From: an uncultured Gammaproteobacteria bacterium
GTDB lineage: Bacteria > Patescibacteriota > Patescibacteriia > Patescibacteriales > UBA12465
Length of the DNA: 64,000 bases
Direction of reading: 5' to 3'
Assembly: GCA_964408775.1 (NCBI GenBank)
Contig: CAYPAP010000001.1
Location: 153,524 to 217,523 of the forward strand
The first letter of the stretch is position 1. Every line of letters starts with the position of its first letter. The position numbers were made by a program, and so were the translations under genes. Positions 27,734 through 34,887 of this stretch are shown one piece after another. The notes beneath the pieces were generated by a model. That model made no database searches, had not been told where the DNA came from, and was given only the letters and a program-made list of their open reading frames with translations.

Positions 27734-28768
27734 CTAGCTTGATGTCAACACTTTATACAAAGCAGATGCTATTGTTTCCGCTGCTGAAACATCCAGGACC
27801 TTACCCCAAGTTCTATTGGACTGATCCCTAATAATAGTATCCGCAGCTAAGACCCGAGAGAATGGCTCTCCGTCAAAAAGCGTATACTTCCAGCCATTAA
27901 CACAAACTGGATGAGTAAAGGCCAGAAAAATAGACTTAGCTCCGGCTAATTTTAGTTTTTTGGCGGTCTGGTTAGCTGTCCCCCCCGAAGACATCTCATC
28001 TTCTATTATGACAACATTTGCGTCCCTAGCGCCTTCTTCCGAAAAATAATTAATTTTGGTATAACCGAAATATTGCTGATATTCCGTTATAATACCGTTT
28101 ATCACATCATTATCGACCTCAAGAATTTCGGTCTGGTTGTTTGCCTTTCTTTCTTTTAAATCAAACAAAACAACCGAATCCGGAAAATGTTGAGCATGAA
28201 AAACAGCTCTCGAAATTGACCCTAGATCAGGTGAATAAAAAACAATTTTCTCATTTTTTGGGATAATTGTTTTTATAGTCCTAGTAAAATCCATGTACGC
28301 TGGAAAAAAATTAATTCCCAGCTCCTGGCAAATATTTTCCATGGAATTAGAATGCGGGGTGCAAACAATCAAGTCGTCAACTCCGGATACCGCCAAAAGT
28401 TTTAGATAAAACCTCAAATAATTGATTTCATAATGATACTCTGGCTCCTCATGATCACAGCGCCGTGTTAAAATAAAGGGCAAGACAGCAATTAGCCTGG
28501 AGGCTTTATATTGCTCTTTAAAGGCCATGGCAAGGGTAATAAACTCCAACATAGCCTTTTCGGATACAATTGAATCAAAAAGGACAATAGTTTTACCCCT
28601 TACATCCTTAAACCTGGGAATTTTATTATTAGGGCAGGAATCTCTCCACTCCCCAAAATCAATAAAATCAGGGCCCAAAGAGGCTCCTAAGTACTCTTTT
28701 AGGTGTTTTAAAACGCCATCACCCAGGGGTCGATTGTTACGACCACAGAAAAACATAAAATCTTCCAT
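27734..28768 (-). CDS. Ribose-phosphate pyrophosphokinase-like phosphoribosyltransferase (divergent)
   Basis: PRPP-binding loop VVIIEDEMSSGGTA and N-terminal F.DGE-like FGEWRD...VRGKTIVLFDS, but non-canonical RRCDHEEP where Prs has ARQDRK. Confidence 0.55.
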   Translation of the reverse strand: MEDFMFFCGRNNRPLGDGVLKHLKEYLGASLGPDFIDFGEWRDSCPNNKIPRFKDVRGKTIVLFDSIVSEKAMLEFITLAMAFKEQYKASRLIAVLPFILTRRCDHEEPEYHYEINYLRFYLKLLAVSGVDDLIVCTPHSNSMENICQELGINFFPAYMDFTRTIKTIIPKNEKIVFYSPDLGSISRAVFHAQHFPDSVVLFDLKERKANNQTEILEVDNDVINGIITEYQQYFGYTKINYFSEEGARDANVVIIEDEMSSGGTANQTAKKLKLAGAKSIFLAFTHPVCVNGWKYTLFDGEPFSRVLAADTIIRDQSNRTWGKVLDVSAAETIASALYKVLTSS

Positions 28769-28957
28769 CTCTATCTGTTTTTGTTGATTAATATTTTTAA
28801 AGATCTCTGCCTAGATGCTAGTACAAAAAATAATAATTGTCAAAGTCCAGCCTCTTGCCTTTTTTAAATTTATTTGATATATTTATCTTAAATAGATGAC
28901 CTATCTATTTTTTAGTGTTTTATCAACATTTATCTATATTTATCTTTAATTTTATTA

Positions 28958-29035
28958 GGGGCAATTAGCTCAGTTGGTTAGAGCGCAACACTGATAATGT
29001 TGAGGTCGGAGGTTCGAATCCTCCATTGCCCACCA
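28958..29035 (+). tRNA. tRNA-Ile (anticodon GAT), CCA encoded
   Basis: Hand-folded cloverleaf: GGGCAAT/ATTGCCC acceptor, anticodon arm CAACA-CTGATAA-TGTTG, T-arm GGAGG-TTCGAAT-CCTCC, 3' ACCA. Confidence 0.9.
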
Positions 29036-29043
29036 GAATACAA

Positions 29044-29116
29044 AGCGGGATAGAGCAGTTGGCAGCTCGCCAGGCCCATAACCTGGAGGTCGTCGGTTCG
29101 AGTCCGACTCCCGCAA
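29044..29116 (+). tRNA. tRNA-Met (anticodon CAT), initiator-like
   Basis: Cloverleaf with a 1-72 mismatch (A.A), an A11:U24 pair, two G:C pairs next to the anticodon loop (CCAGG-CCCATAA-CCTGG), and C at position 33. Close to the Bacillus initiator tRNA as I recall it. Confidence 0.7.
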
Positions 29117-29122
29117 CAAAAA

Positions 29123-29194
29123 GCCTCGGTAGCTCAGTGGTAGAGCAAAGGACTGAAAATCCTTGTGTCGTCAGTTCGATTCTGACCCGAGGCA
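29123..29194 (+). tRNA. tRNA-Phe (anticodon GAA)
   Basis: GCCTCGG/CCGAGGC acceptor, anticodon arm AAGGA-CTGAAAA-TCCTT, T-arm GTCAG-TTCGATT-CTGAC. Confidence 0.9.
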
Positions 29195-29204
29195 CGTGAT
29201 TTAG

Positions 29205-29278
29205 CGGGGTGTGGCCCAGTTGGCTAAGGCGCCTGGTTTGGGACCAGGAGATCGTGGGTTCGAGTCCCGCCACCCCGA
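29205..29278 (+). tRNA. tRNA-Pro (anticodon TGG)
   Basis: CGGGGTG/CACCCCG acceptor, anticodon arm CCTGG-TTTGGGA-CCAGG, T-arm GTGGG-TTCGAGT-CCCGC. Confidence 0.9.
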
Positions 29279-29320
29279 CCGTGGTCCGCCGTAAAAATAA
29301 TTATAAAATATAAATAATAA

Positions 29321-29393
29321 TCCTAAAGATCCCAAAGGTCCTCTTGCCCGTTCACGAGTGAAGCGAGCTGAGCGGGAATGGTCCTAAAGATCC
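29321..29393 (+). repeat. GC-rich palindrome (CCCGTTCA-N14-TGAGCGGG) bracketed by direct repeats TCCTAAAGATCC
   Basis: 12-nt perfect direct repeat at 29321-29332 and 29382-29393; GGTCCT also duplicated; 8-bp stem at 29347-29354/29369-29376. 21/30 identical to the palindrome at 39854-39883. Confidence 0.6.
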
Positions 29394-29404
29394 TATATCA
29401 AAGT

Positions 29405-29668
29405 ATGCCAAATAAAAAATCAGCCAAAAAAGAACTACGTAAAGGCGTGAAAAGACAATCAGACAATAACCTGGTTAAAAACAAAACCAAAGATTTAGTT
29501 AAAAAAACCAAAAAAAGAATCGAAGCTAAAGATTCTGGTGTCGAAAAAGATTTTAACCAAGTTGTTAAAGCTATTGATAAAATGGCCAGAAAAGGTATTA
29601 TTAAAAAAAATACCGCTTCTCGACAAAAATCAAAATTACAAAAAAAAATAAATAACTTAAAGAAATAA
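29405..29668 (+). CDS. rpsT: 30S ribosomal protein S20
   Basis: MPNKKSAKKELRK N-terminus matches the S20 family. The upstream ATG at 29378 lies inside the repeat element and is rejected. Confidence 0.85.
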   Translation: MPNKKSAKKELRKGVKRQSDNNLVKNKTKDLVKKTKKRIEAKDSGVEKDFNQVVKAIDKMARKGIIKKNTASRQKSKLQKKINNLKK

Positions 29669-29732
29669 TAAAATTACCTTATCTTGGATTTTAGTTTTAT
29701 TTTAAACTTTTTCTCGGATAGGGCGCAAAAAA

Positions 29733-30089
29733 ATGTTAGACAAAAAAACAAAAGAAAAGATTATCAAAAAATTTCAAATTCATCCTAGCGATACTGGATC
29801 CTCTCAAGTTCAAATCGCTATTTTAACCGCTGAAATTGAAGAATTAACCGATCATTTAAAAAAACACAAACATGACTTCTCTTCTCGTCGAGGTCTTTTG
29901 AGAAAAGTATCTGAAAGACGACGCTTGTTAAAATATCTACAAAAAGAAGACGAGCAGGCTTTTATAGAGTTAGCTAAAAAATTAAAATTAAAAATAGCTA
30001 ACAAAATGATGAAGGATGAAGAGGAAAAGAAACTGAAAGAACAAGAATTAGAAAAATTAATGCAATCAGAAGAAGAGGAAACCGAATAA
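29733..30089 (+). CDS. rpsO: 30S ribosomal protein S15 with a ~30-aa Lys/Glu-rich C-terminal extension
   Basis: HPSDTGSSQVQIAILTAEIEELTDHLKKHKHDFSSRRGLLRKVSERRRLLKYL. Confidence 0.9.
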   Translation: MLDKKTKEKIIKKFQIHPSDTGSSQVQIAILTAEIEELTDHLKKHKHDFSSRRGLLRKVSERRRLLKYLQKEDEQAFIELAKKLKLKIANKMMKDEEEKKLKEQELEKLMQSEEEETE

Positions 30090-30096
30090 TAAAAAT

Positions 30097-30615
30097 ATGA
30101 TTAAACACAAAGAACAACGAGTTGGAGTTTTAGTGGATGTTTCAAACATGTATCACTCAGCCAAAAATTTATTTGGCAAAAAAGTAAACTTTCAAGAAAT
30201 ATTAAAACAGGCGGTCGCTGGACGAAAACTTATTCGGGCGACTGCTTATGCTATTAAAACAGAAACCGAAGAAGAAACACCTTTCTTTGAGGCCTTAAGT
30301 CAACAAGGCTTTGAAGTAAAAATGAAAGATTTACAAATTTTTGCTGGAGGAGCTAAAAAGGCTGATTGGGACGTAGGAATCGCTATTGATGCTATAAAAC
30401 TGGCTGACAAATTGGACGTGCTAGTAATAGTATCAGGCGATGGAGATTTTCTGCCCTTAGTTTCTTATTTACAAAATAATAAGGGATGCTTGGTGGAAGT
30501 AATGTCTTTTGGCAAAACCACCTCCAATAAATTAATTGAGGAGTCAGACGATTTTATTGATTTAAGTAAAAACAAAAATTTCTTAATAAACAATTATAAT
30601 TTTAAGAAAAAATAA
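30097..30615 (+). CDS. NYN-domain (LabA/DUF88-like) putative RNase
   Basis: GVLVDVSNMYHSAK (Asp-containing N-terminal strand), AIDAIKLA and VIVSGDGDFLPLV motifs. Confidence 0.8.
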   Translation: MIKHKEQRVGVLVDVSNMYHSAKNLFGKKVNFQEILKQAVAGRKLIRATAYAIKTETEEETPFFEALSQQGFEVKMKDLQIFAGGAKKADWDVGIAIDAIKLADKLDVLVIVSGDGDFLPLVSYLQNNKGCLVEVMSFGKTTSNKLIEESDDFIDLSKNKNFLINNYNFKKK

Positions 30616-30623
30616 TTAATTGT

Positions 30624-30680
30624 TTGGCCATCAAATACTGAGAACTGTATCTTAATACAGGGCTTTAATTTGATGGTCAA
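30624..30680 (+). promoter_or_regulatory. Long leader hairpin immediately upstream of pnp
   Basis: 13-bp outer stem TTGGCCATCAAAT/ATTTGATGGTCAA (one G.U) enclosing the inner hairpin CTGTAT-ctta-ATACAG. Ends 11 nt before the pnp ATG. Confidence 0.5.
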
Positions 30681-30691
30681 CAAGAAAAACT

Positions 30692-32968
30692 ATGAATGAA
30701 GAAAAAATTATTTCTGGAGAATGGTTAGGAAAAACACTAACTATTAAAACCGGGAAGTTAGCCAAACAGGCGGATGCATCTGTTTTGGTCCAATACGGTG
30801 ACACCGTTATTATGGCCACAGCCGTACAGTCAAAAGATGAAAGAGAGGGTATTGATTACTTCCCTTTAATGGTAGAATTTGAAGAAAAGCTTTATGCTGC
30901 TGGAATTATCAAAGGTTCTCGCTGGATAAAACGTGAAGGAAGACCAAGTGACGAATCAGTTTTGACTGGTCGCATGATAGATAGATCAATTCGTCCACTA
31001 TTTAACGACGAAGAAAGAAGAGACGTGCAGGTCATCGTTACTGTATTATCAGTTGATGGTGAAAATGATTATGATATCATTTCCCTATTAGCCGCTTCTG
31101 CTGTTTTAAGTATTTCTGGGGTTGATTGGAAGGGACCAATTGGTGGAATACGAGTTGGGTTGATCGACAATCAATTTGTTTTTAATCCAAGCTTTGAACA
31201 ACAAGACAAAAGCTCATTAGATTTAATAGTAGCTGGGACTGAAAAAAAAGCTATTATGATTGAAGCCTCGGCTAACGAAATTAAAGAAGAAATAATAGAA
31301 GACGCTATTAATCAAGGCCAAGAAAAATTACAGGGAGCAATTGATATTATTAAAAAATTACAAAAAGAAATTGATGTAGCCGAAAAAATAGCTAGGAAAA
31401 AACTTCTTAGCGAAGAAGAAATAAAAACTAAGGAAGAAAAGGAAAAATTATTAGAGGTTGGAAAGGCTTGGTTAAGCGAAAATATTGCGCCAAACTTATT
31501 TAATCAAACTTATTACACCAAAAATGAAAGAAAAATGGCTGTGAGAGTTATAAAGGAAGGATTAGACGAATATTTATTTTCACAAAAAATTGAAAAATCT
31601 CAAAGAAGCTATGTGATTAACTCTTTAGTAGAAAAAATGGTTGAAGCTGAGGTTACCAAGGCTATCTTAGACAACAAAAAAAGAGTTGACGGCCGAGCTT
31701 TAAACGAAATCAGAGAAATATCAGCTGAGGTTAGCTTATTACCAAGAAATCACGGGACTGGACTTTTCTCTCGAGGAGAGACCCAGGTTTTGTCTGTTGT
31801 TACTTTAGGGTCTCCAGGAATGGAACAATCTTTAGAAGGGCTTGAAGGACAAAGCAAAAAAAGATATATGCATCATTATAACTTCCCTCCTTTTAGTGTT
31901 GGAGAAGCTAAGCCTTTGCGTGGCGCCGGAAGACGCGAGATTGGTCATGGCGCTTTAGCTGAAAAAGCCCTAGCTCCAGTTTTACCAAAAAAAGAAGATT
32001 TTCCATACACTGTCAGAGTTGTTAGTGAAACTCTGGGATCAAATGGATCCTCATCTATGGGGGCAACCTGCGGATCGTCTCTATCTTTAATGGATGCTGG
32101 TGTGCCAATAAAAAGTCATGTTGCTGGTATCGCTATGGGACTAGCCTCAAATGAGGATATGAGTCGCTGGGAGGTTTTAACTGACATTCAGGACCTAGAA
32201 GATGGTAAGGGTGGTATGGACTTCAAAATTACTGGGACTAAAAATGGACTAACAGCAATTCAACTCGACACAAAAACTGATGGAATAAATACTGAAATAA
32301 TTAAAAAGACTTTAGTTCAAGGACGAGAAGCTTTAAATAATATTTTGGATGTTTTAAATAAGGAAATACCTGAGCCAAGAGCAGACCTATCACCATATGC
32401 CCCAAGAATTATCAGCTTCCATGTTGACCCAGAAAAAATTGGAGCTATTATTGGACCCGGAGGAAAAATAATTAATAAAATTATTGACGAAACTGAAGTC
32501 TCAATTGACATTGACGATGACGGCTTAGTAATGATTTGCTCAACCAACAGCGAAAAAGGTCAAATGGCTGAAAAAATGATCAAAGAAATAATCAGGGAGT
32601 TTGAAGTTGGAGAGATTATTACTGGAAAAGTTGTTAGGTTAATGGACTTTGGCGCTTTTGTCCAAATCTCCAGCAGCCAAGATGGTATGGTTCATGTAAG
32701 TGAATTAGCTCCTTATCGGGTTGAAAAACCTTCTGACTTAGTAAATATTGGCGATACAGTCCAAGTAAAAATTAGAGAAATTGATTCTCAGGGTCGTATA
32801 AATCTAACGATGAAGGACTTGCCTGAAAATGAACTACTTTGGAAAGACAGAAAAGGTGAATCTCAAGGTGGAGGATTTAATCGAAGCAGAGGAAATGGCT
32901 TCAATAGAAATGGTGGTAATGGTAGCAACGGCTTTAATAACAAATCTAATTTCAATAAAAAATACTAA
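30692..32968 (+). CDS. pnp: Polyribonucleotide nucleotidyltransferase (PNPase) with a Gly/Asn-rich C-terminal tail
   Basis: Two RNase PH domains, KH (IGAIIGPGGKIINKI), S1 (GEIITGKVVRLMDFGAFVQI), and the tail GGGFNRSRGNGFNRNGGNGSNGFNN. Confidence 0.95.
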   Translation: MNEEKIISGEWLGKTLTIKTGKLAKQADASVLVQYGDTVIMATAVQSKDEREGIDYFPLMVEFEEKLYAAGIIKGSRWIKREGRPSDESVLTGRMIDRSIRPLFNDEERRDVQVIVTVLSVDGENDYDIISLLAASAVLSISGVDWKGPIGGIRVGLIDNQFVFNPSFEQQDKSSLDLIVAGTEKKAIMIEASANEIKEEIIEDAINQGQEKLQGAIDIIKKLQKEIDVAEKIARKKLLSEEEIKTKEEKEKLLEVGKAWLSENIAPNLFNQTYYTKNERKMAVRVIKEGLDEYLFSQKIEKSQRSYVINSLVEKMVEAEVTKAILDNKKRVDGRALNEIREISAEVSLLPRNHGTGLFSRGETQVLSVVTLGSPGMEQSLEGLEGQSKKRYMHHYNFPPFSVGEAKPLRGAGRREIGHGALAEKALAPVLPKKEDFPYTVRVVSETLGSNGSSSMGATCGSSLSLMDAGVPIKSHVAGIAMGLASNEDMSRWEVLTDIQDLEDGKGGMDFKITGTKNGLTAIQLDTKTDGINTEIIKKTLVQGREALNNILDVLNKEIPEPRADLSPYAPRIISFHVDPEKIGAIIGPGGKIINKIIDETEVSIDIDDDGLVMICSTNSEKGQMAEKMIKEIIREFEVGEIITGKVVRLMDFGAFVQISSSQDGMVHVSELAPYRVEKPSDLVNIGDTVQVKIREIDSQGRINLTMKDLPENELLWKDRKGESQGGGFNRSRGNGFNRNGGNGSNGFNNKSNFNKKY

Positions 32969-33035
32969 ATTTTAATTATTGACTTTTTATAAATATTAAT
33001 ATAATATCTATAAAAAAATAATATTAATAAAAATT

Positions 33036-33503
33036 ATGCTTACAATAAAATTAGCCAAAGTTGGTAAGAAAAACAAGAAAATGTTTCGCCTTGTAATCTC
33101 AGAGAAATCTAAGGATCCTTACGGTAGGGCTTTAGAGATCCTAGGTTCTTATAACCCCTACTCCAAGGAATTAAAGGTAAAGGGCGATAGAATAAAATAT
33201 TGGATTAGCAAGGGATCCTCTATGACGCCTTCTGTTAATAATCTACTATTAGAAAATAAAATAATTGAAGGGGAAAAGAAAAAAAATTCAAAGGTTGGAG
33301 AGCCTAATAAAAGAAAAGTTGCTAAGGCTGAAAAATCCAAACAAAAAGAAGAAGAAAAAAAACAACAAGAAGAAGAGGCTAAAAAGGTAGCCGAAACTCC
33401 AGTAGAGGCCCCGGCTGAAGTTCCAGCAGAGGAATCAACCGAAAAACCAGCAGAAACACCAGCCGAGACTACTACCGAAGAAAAAACCGAAGATAAACAG
33501 TAA
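33036..33503 (+). CDS. rpsP: 30S ribosomal protein S16 with an acidic PAE-repeat C-terminal extension
   Basis: MLTIKLAKVGKKNKKMFRLVISEKSKDPYGRALEILGSYNP; extension ETPVEAPAEVPAEESTEKPAETPAETT. Confidence 0.9.
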   Translation: MLTIKLAKVGKKNKKMFRLVISEKSKDPYGRALEILGSYNPYSKELKVKGDRIKYWISKGSSMTPSVNNLLLENKIIEGEKKKNSKVGEPNKRKVAKAEKSKQKEEEKKQQEEEAKKVAETPVEAPAEVPAEESTEKPAETPAETTTEEKTEDKQ

Positions 33504-33516
33504 TTTTTACCCTAAT

Positions 33517-33545
33517 TTGACTTTTATAGACAATGGGGTTAAAAT
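33517..33545 (+). promoter_or_regulatory. Sigma70-like promoter for the KH-domain gene
   Basis: TTGACT-17 nt-TAAAAT. Confidence 0.5.
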
Positions 33546-33553
33546 ATAAACAT

Positions 33554-33587
33554 AGCTGAATTCGTTCAGCTGGCACCGCAAGCGGTG
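33554..33587 (+). promoter_or_regulatory. Twin 5'-proximal stem-loops of the KH-gene leader
   Basis: AGCTGAA-ttcg-TTCAGCT (33554-33571) and CACCG-caag-CGGTG (33574-33587), starting ~9 nt after the -10. Confidence 0.45.
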
Positions 33588-33643
33588 ATAATAATTAAAA
33601 TGTTCTTACAAATTTGTTTTCAGCAATTTGCAAGAATTGACCG

Positions 33644-33988
33644 ATGACTATGTCAGAAAATCTAGACAAGCAATTTCTAGAAAGCATCATCAAATCTATT
33701 GTAAGCGTTCCTGACGCCGTAACAGTAGAAAGAACAGTTGATGAGCGTGGAGTTCTTTTAACCTTAAAAATCGATCCGAGTGACATGGGATTTGTAATCG
33801 GACGTCGCGGACAAACAGCCCAAGCTATTAGAACATTATTAAAAGTAGTTGGAGCTAGAAATAATTCTCGCGTTAATCTAAAGATTTACGACCCAAACAA
33901 TGGCAATCGTCCTGAAAGACCTGAAAGAAGAGAATATTCTCAAGACAACACCATTGACACTTCAGCTATCGATGATTTAAAAATCTAA
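33644..33988 (+). CDS. KH-domain RNA-binding protein (YlqC-like) with a C-terminal extension
   Basis: LTLKIDPSDMGFVIGRRGQTAQAIRTLLKVV carries the KH GxxG core. Occupies the position between rpsP and trmD. Confidence 0.8.
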   Translation: MTMSENLDKQFLESIIKSIVSVPDAVTVERTVDERGVLLTLKIDPSDMGFVIGRRGQTAQAIRTLLKVVGARNNSRVNLKIYDPNNGNRPERPERREYSQDNTIDTSAIDDLKI

Positions 33989-34014
33989 ACTTTAAAAATT
34001 TCGATACAAGAAAA

Positions 34015-34045
34015 ACAAAAGACCACAGCCTGGTCTTTTGTTTTT
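34015..34045 (+). terminator. Intrinsic terminator after the KH gene
   Basis: ACAAAAGACCA-cagcc-TGGTCTTTTGT followed by TTTT. Confidence 0.7.
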
Positions 34046-34066
34046 ATAATAAGTAAATTTAATAAT

Positions 34067-34723
34067 ATGAAGTTTGACATTATAACAATATTTCCTCAAA
34101 TTTTTGACTCTTATTTTAATGAAAGTATTATTAAAAGGGCGCAAAAATCTAAAATAATAAAAATAAAAACGCATAATCTGCGTGATTTTACTAATGATAA
34201 ACACAAAACAGTTGATGATACTGTTTATGGTGGTGGAGCTGGCATGCTGATAAAAATTGAACCACTATATCGGGCTATAAAAAAAATTGCTGGAAAGAAA
34301 AAAACTAAAGCACAAAAAATTATTTTGCTTTCGGCCAAGGGTAAGAAATGGGATCAACAATTAGCGCAAAAATATTCTAAATTAAAAAACGTTACTTTTA
34401 TTTGCGGACGCTATGAAGGAGTAGATGATAGAATTACAAATTTTATTGACGAAGAAATTTCTATTGGAGACTATGTTTTAACAGGAGGAGAATTGGGCGC
34501 TATGATTATAATTGATTCTATTACTCGCCTCTTACCAGGAGTTTTAGGAAATTCAGAGAGCCTAGAAGATGAATCTCATAATAAAAAAGGATTGCTGGAA
34601 TATCCTCAATACACTAAGCCGGCAGTTTTCACGGCTGGGAAAAAGAAATATAAGATTCCTGATGTTTTACTGTCAGGAAATCATGCTTTAATAGCAAAAT
34701 GGAAGAAAAATTTTAGGACTTGA
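34067..34723 (+). CDS. trmD: tRNA (guanine37-N1)-methyltransferase
   Basis: ICGRYEGVDDR and IGDYVLTGGELGAMIIIDS (SPOUT knot); 218 aa (short form). Confidence 0.9.
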   Translation: MKFDIITIFPQIFDSYFNESIIKRAQKSKIIKIKTHNLRDFTNDKHKTVDDTVYGGGAGMLIKIEPLYRAIKKIAGKKKTKAQKIILLSAKGKKWDQQLAQKYSKLKNVTFICGRYEGVDDRITNFIDEEISIGDYVLTGGELGAMIIIDSITRLLPGVLGNSESLEDESHNKKGLLEYPQYTKPAVFTAGKKKYKIPDVLLSGNHALIAKWKKNFRT

Positions 34724-34748
34724 CTTTATTTTGAAAATATGCTACTAT
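34720..34748 (+). promoter_or_regulatory. Sigma70-like promoter overlapping the trmD stop, upstream of the high-GC lipoprotein gene
   Basis: TTGACT-17 nt-TACTAT. Confidence 0.45.
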
Positions 34749-34887
34749 ACGAGGTCAAGTATAGCGATCTTTGACAAAAAAGGCGTTAATGCCCTAAATA
34801 TATACCTAAAACAGGCTTTAAAAGGTCTTTTTAGTCCATCCAATTTTATTATAATTTTCAATTTACTAACAACCAAAATCAAGAAAG

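Noticed and set aside
28870-28957. Cluster of TTATC-containing words (TTATCAACA, TTATCTATA, TTATCTTTA) as DnaA boxes/oriC
   Set aside because: Only one word is within one mismatch of TTATCCACA. There is no dnaA or dnaN nearby, and the words are expected by chance in AT-rich DNA. This is more likely just the tRNA-operon promoter region.
28965-29273. 102-aa minus-strand ORF spanning the tRNA cluster
   Set aside because: The region folds into four canonical tRNAs on the plus strand. The ORF is an artefact of GC-rich, stop-poor tRNA sequence.
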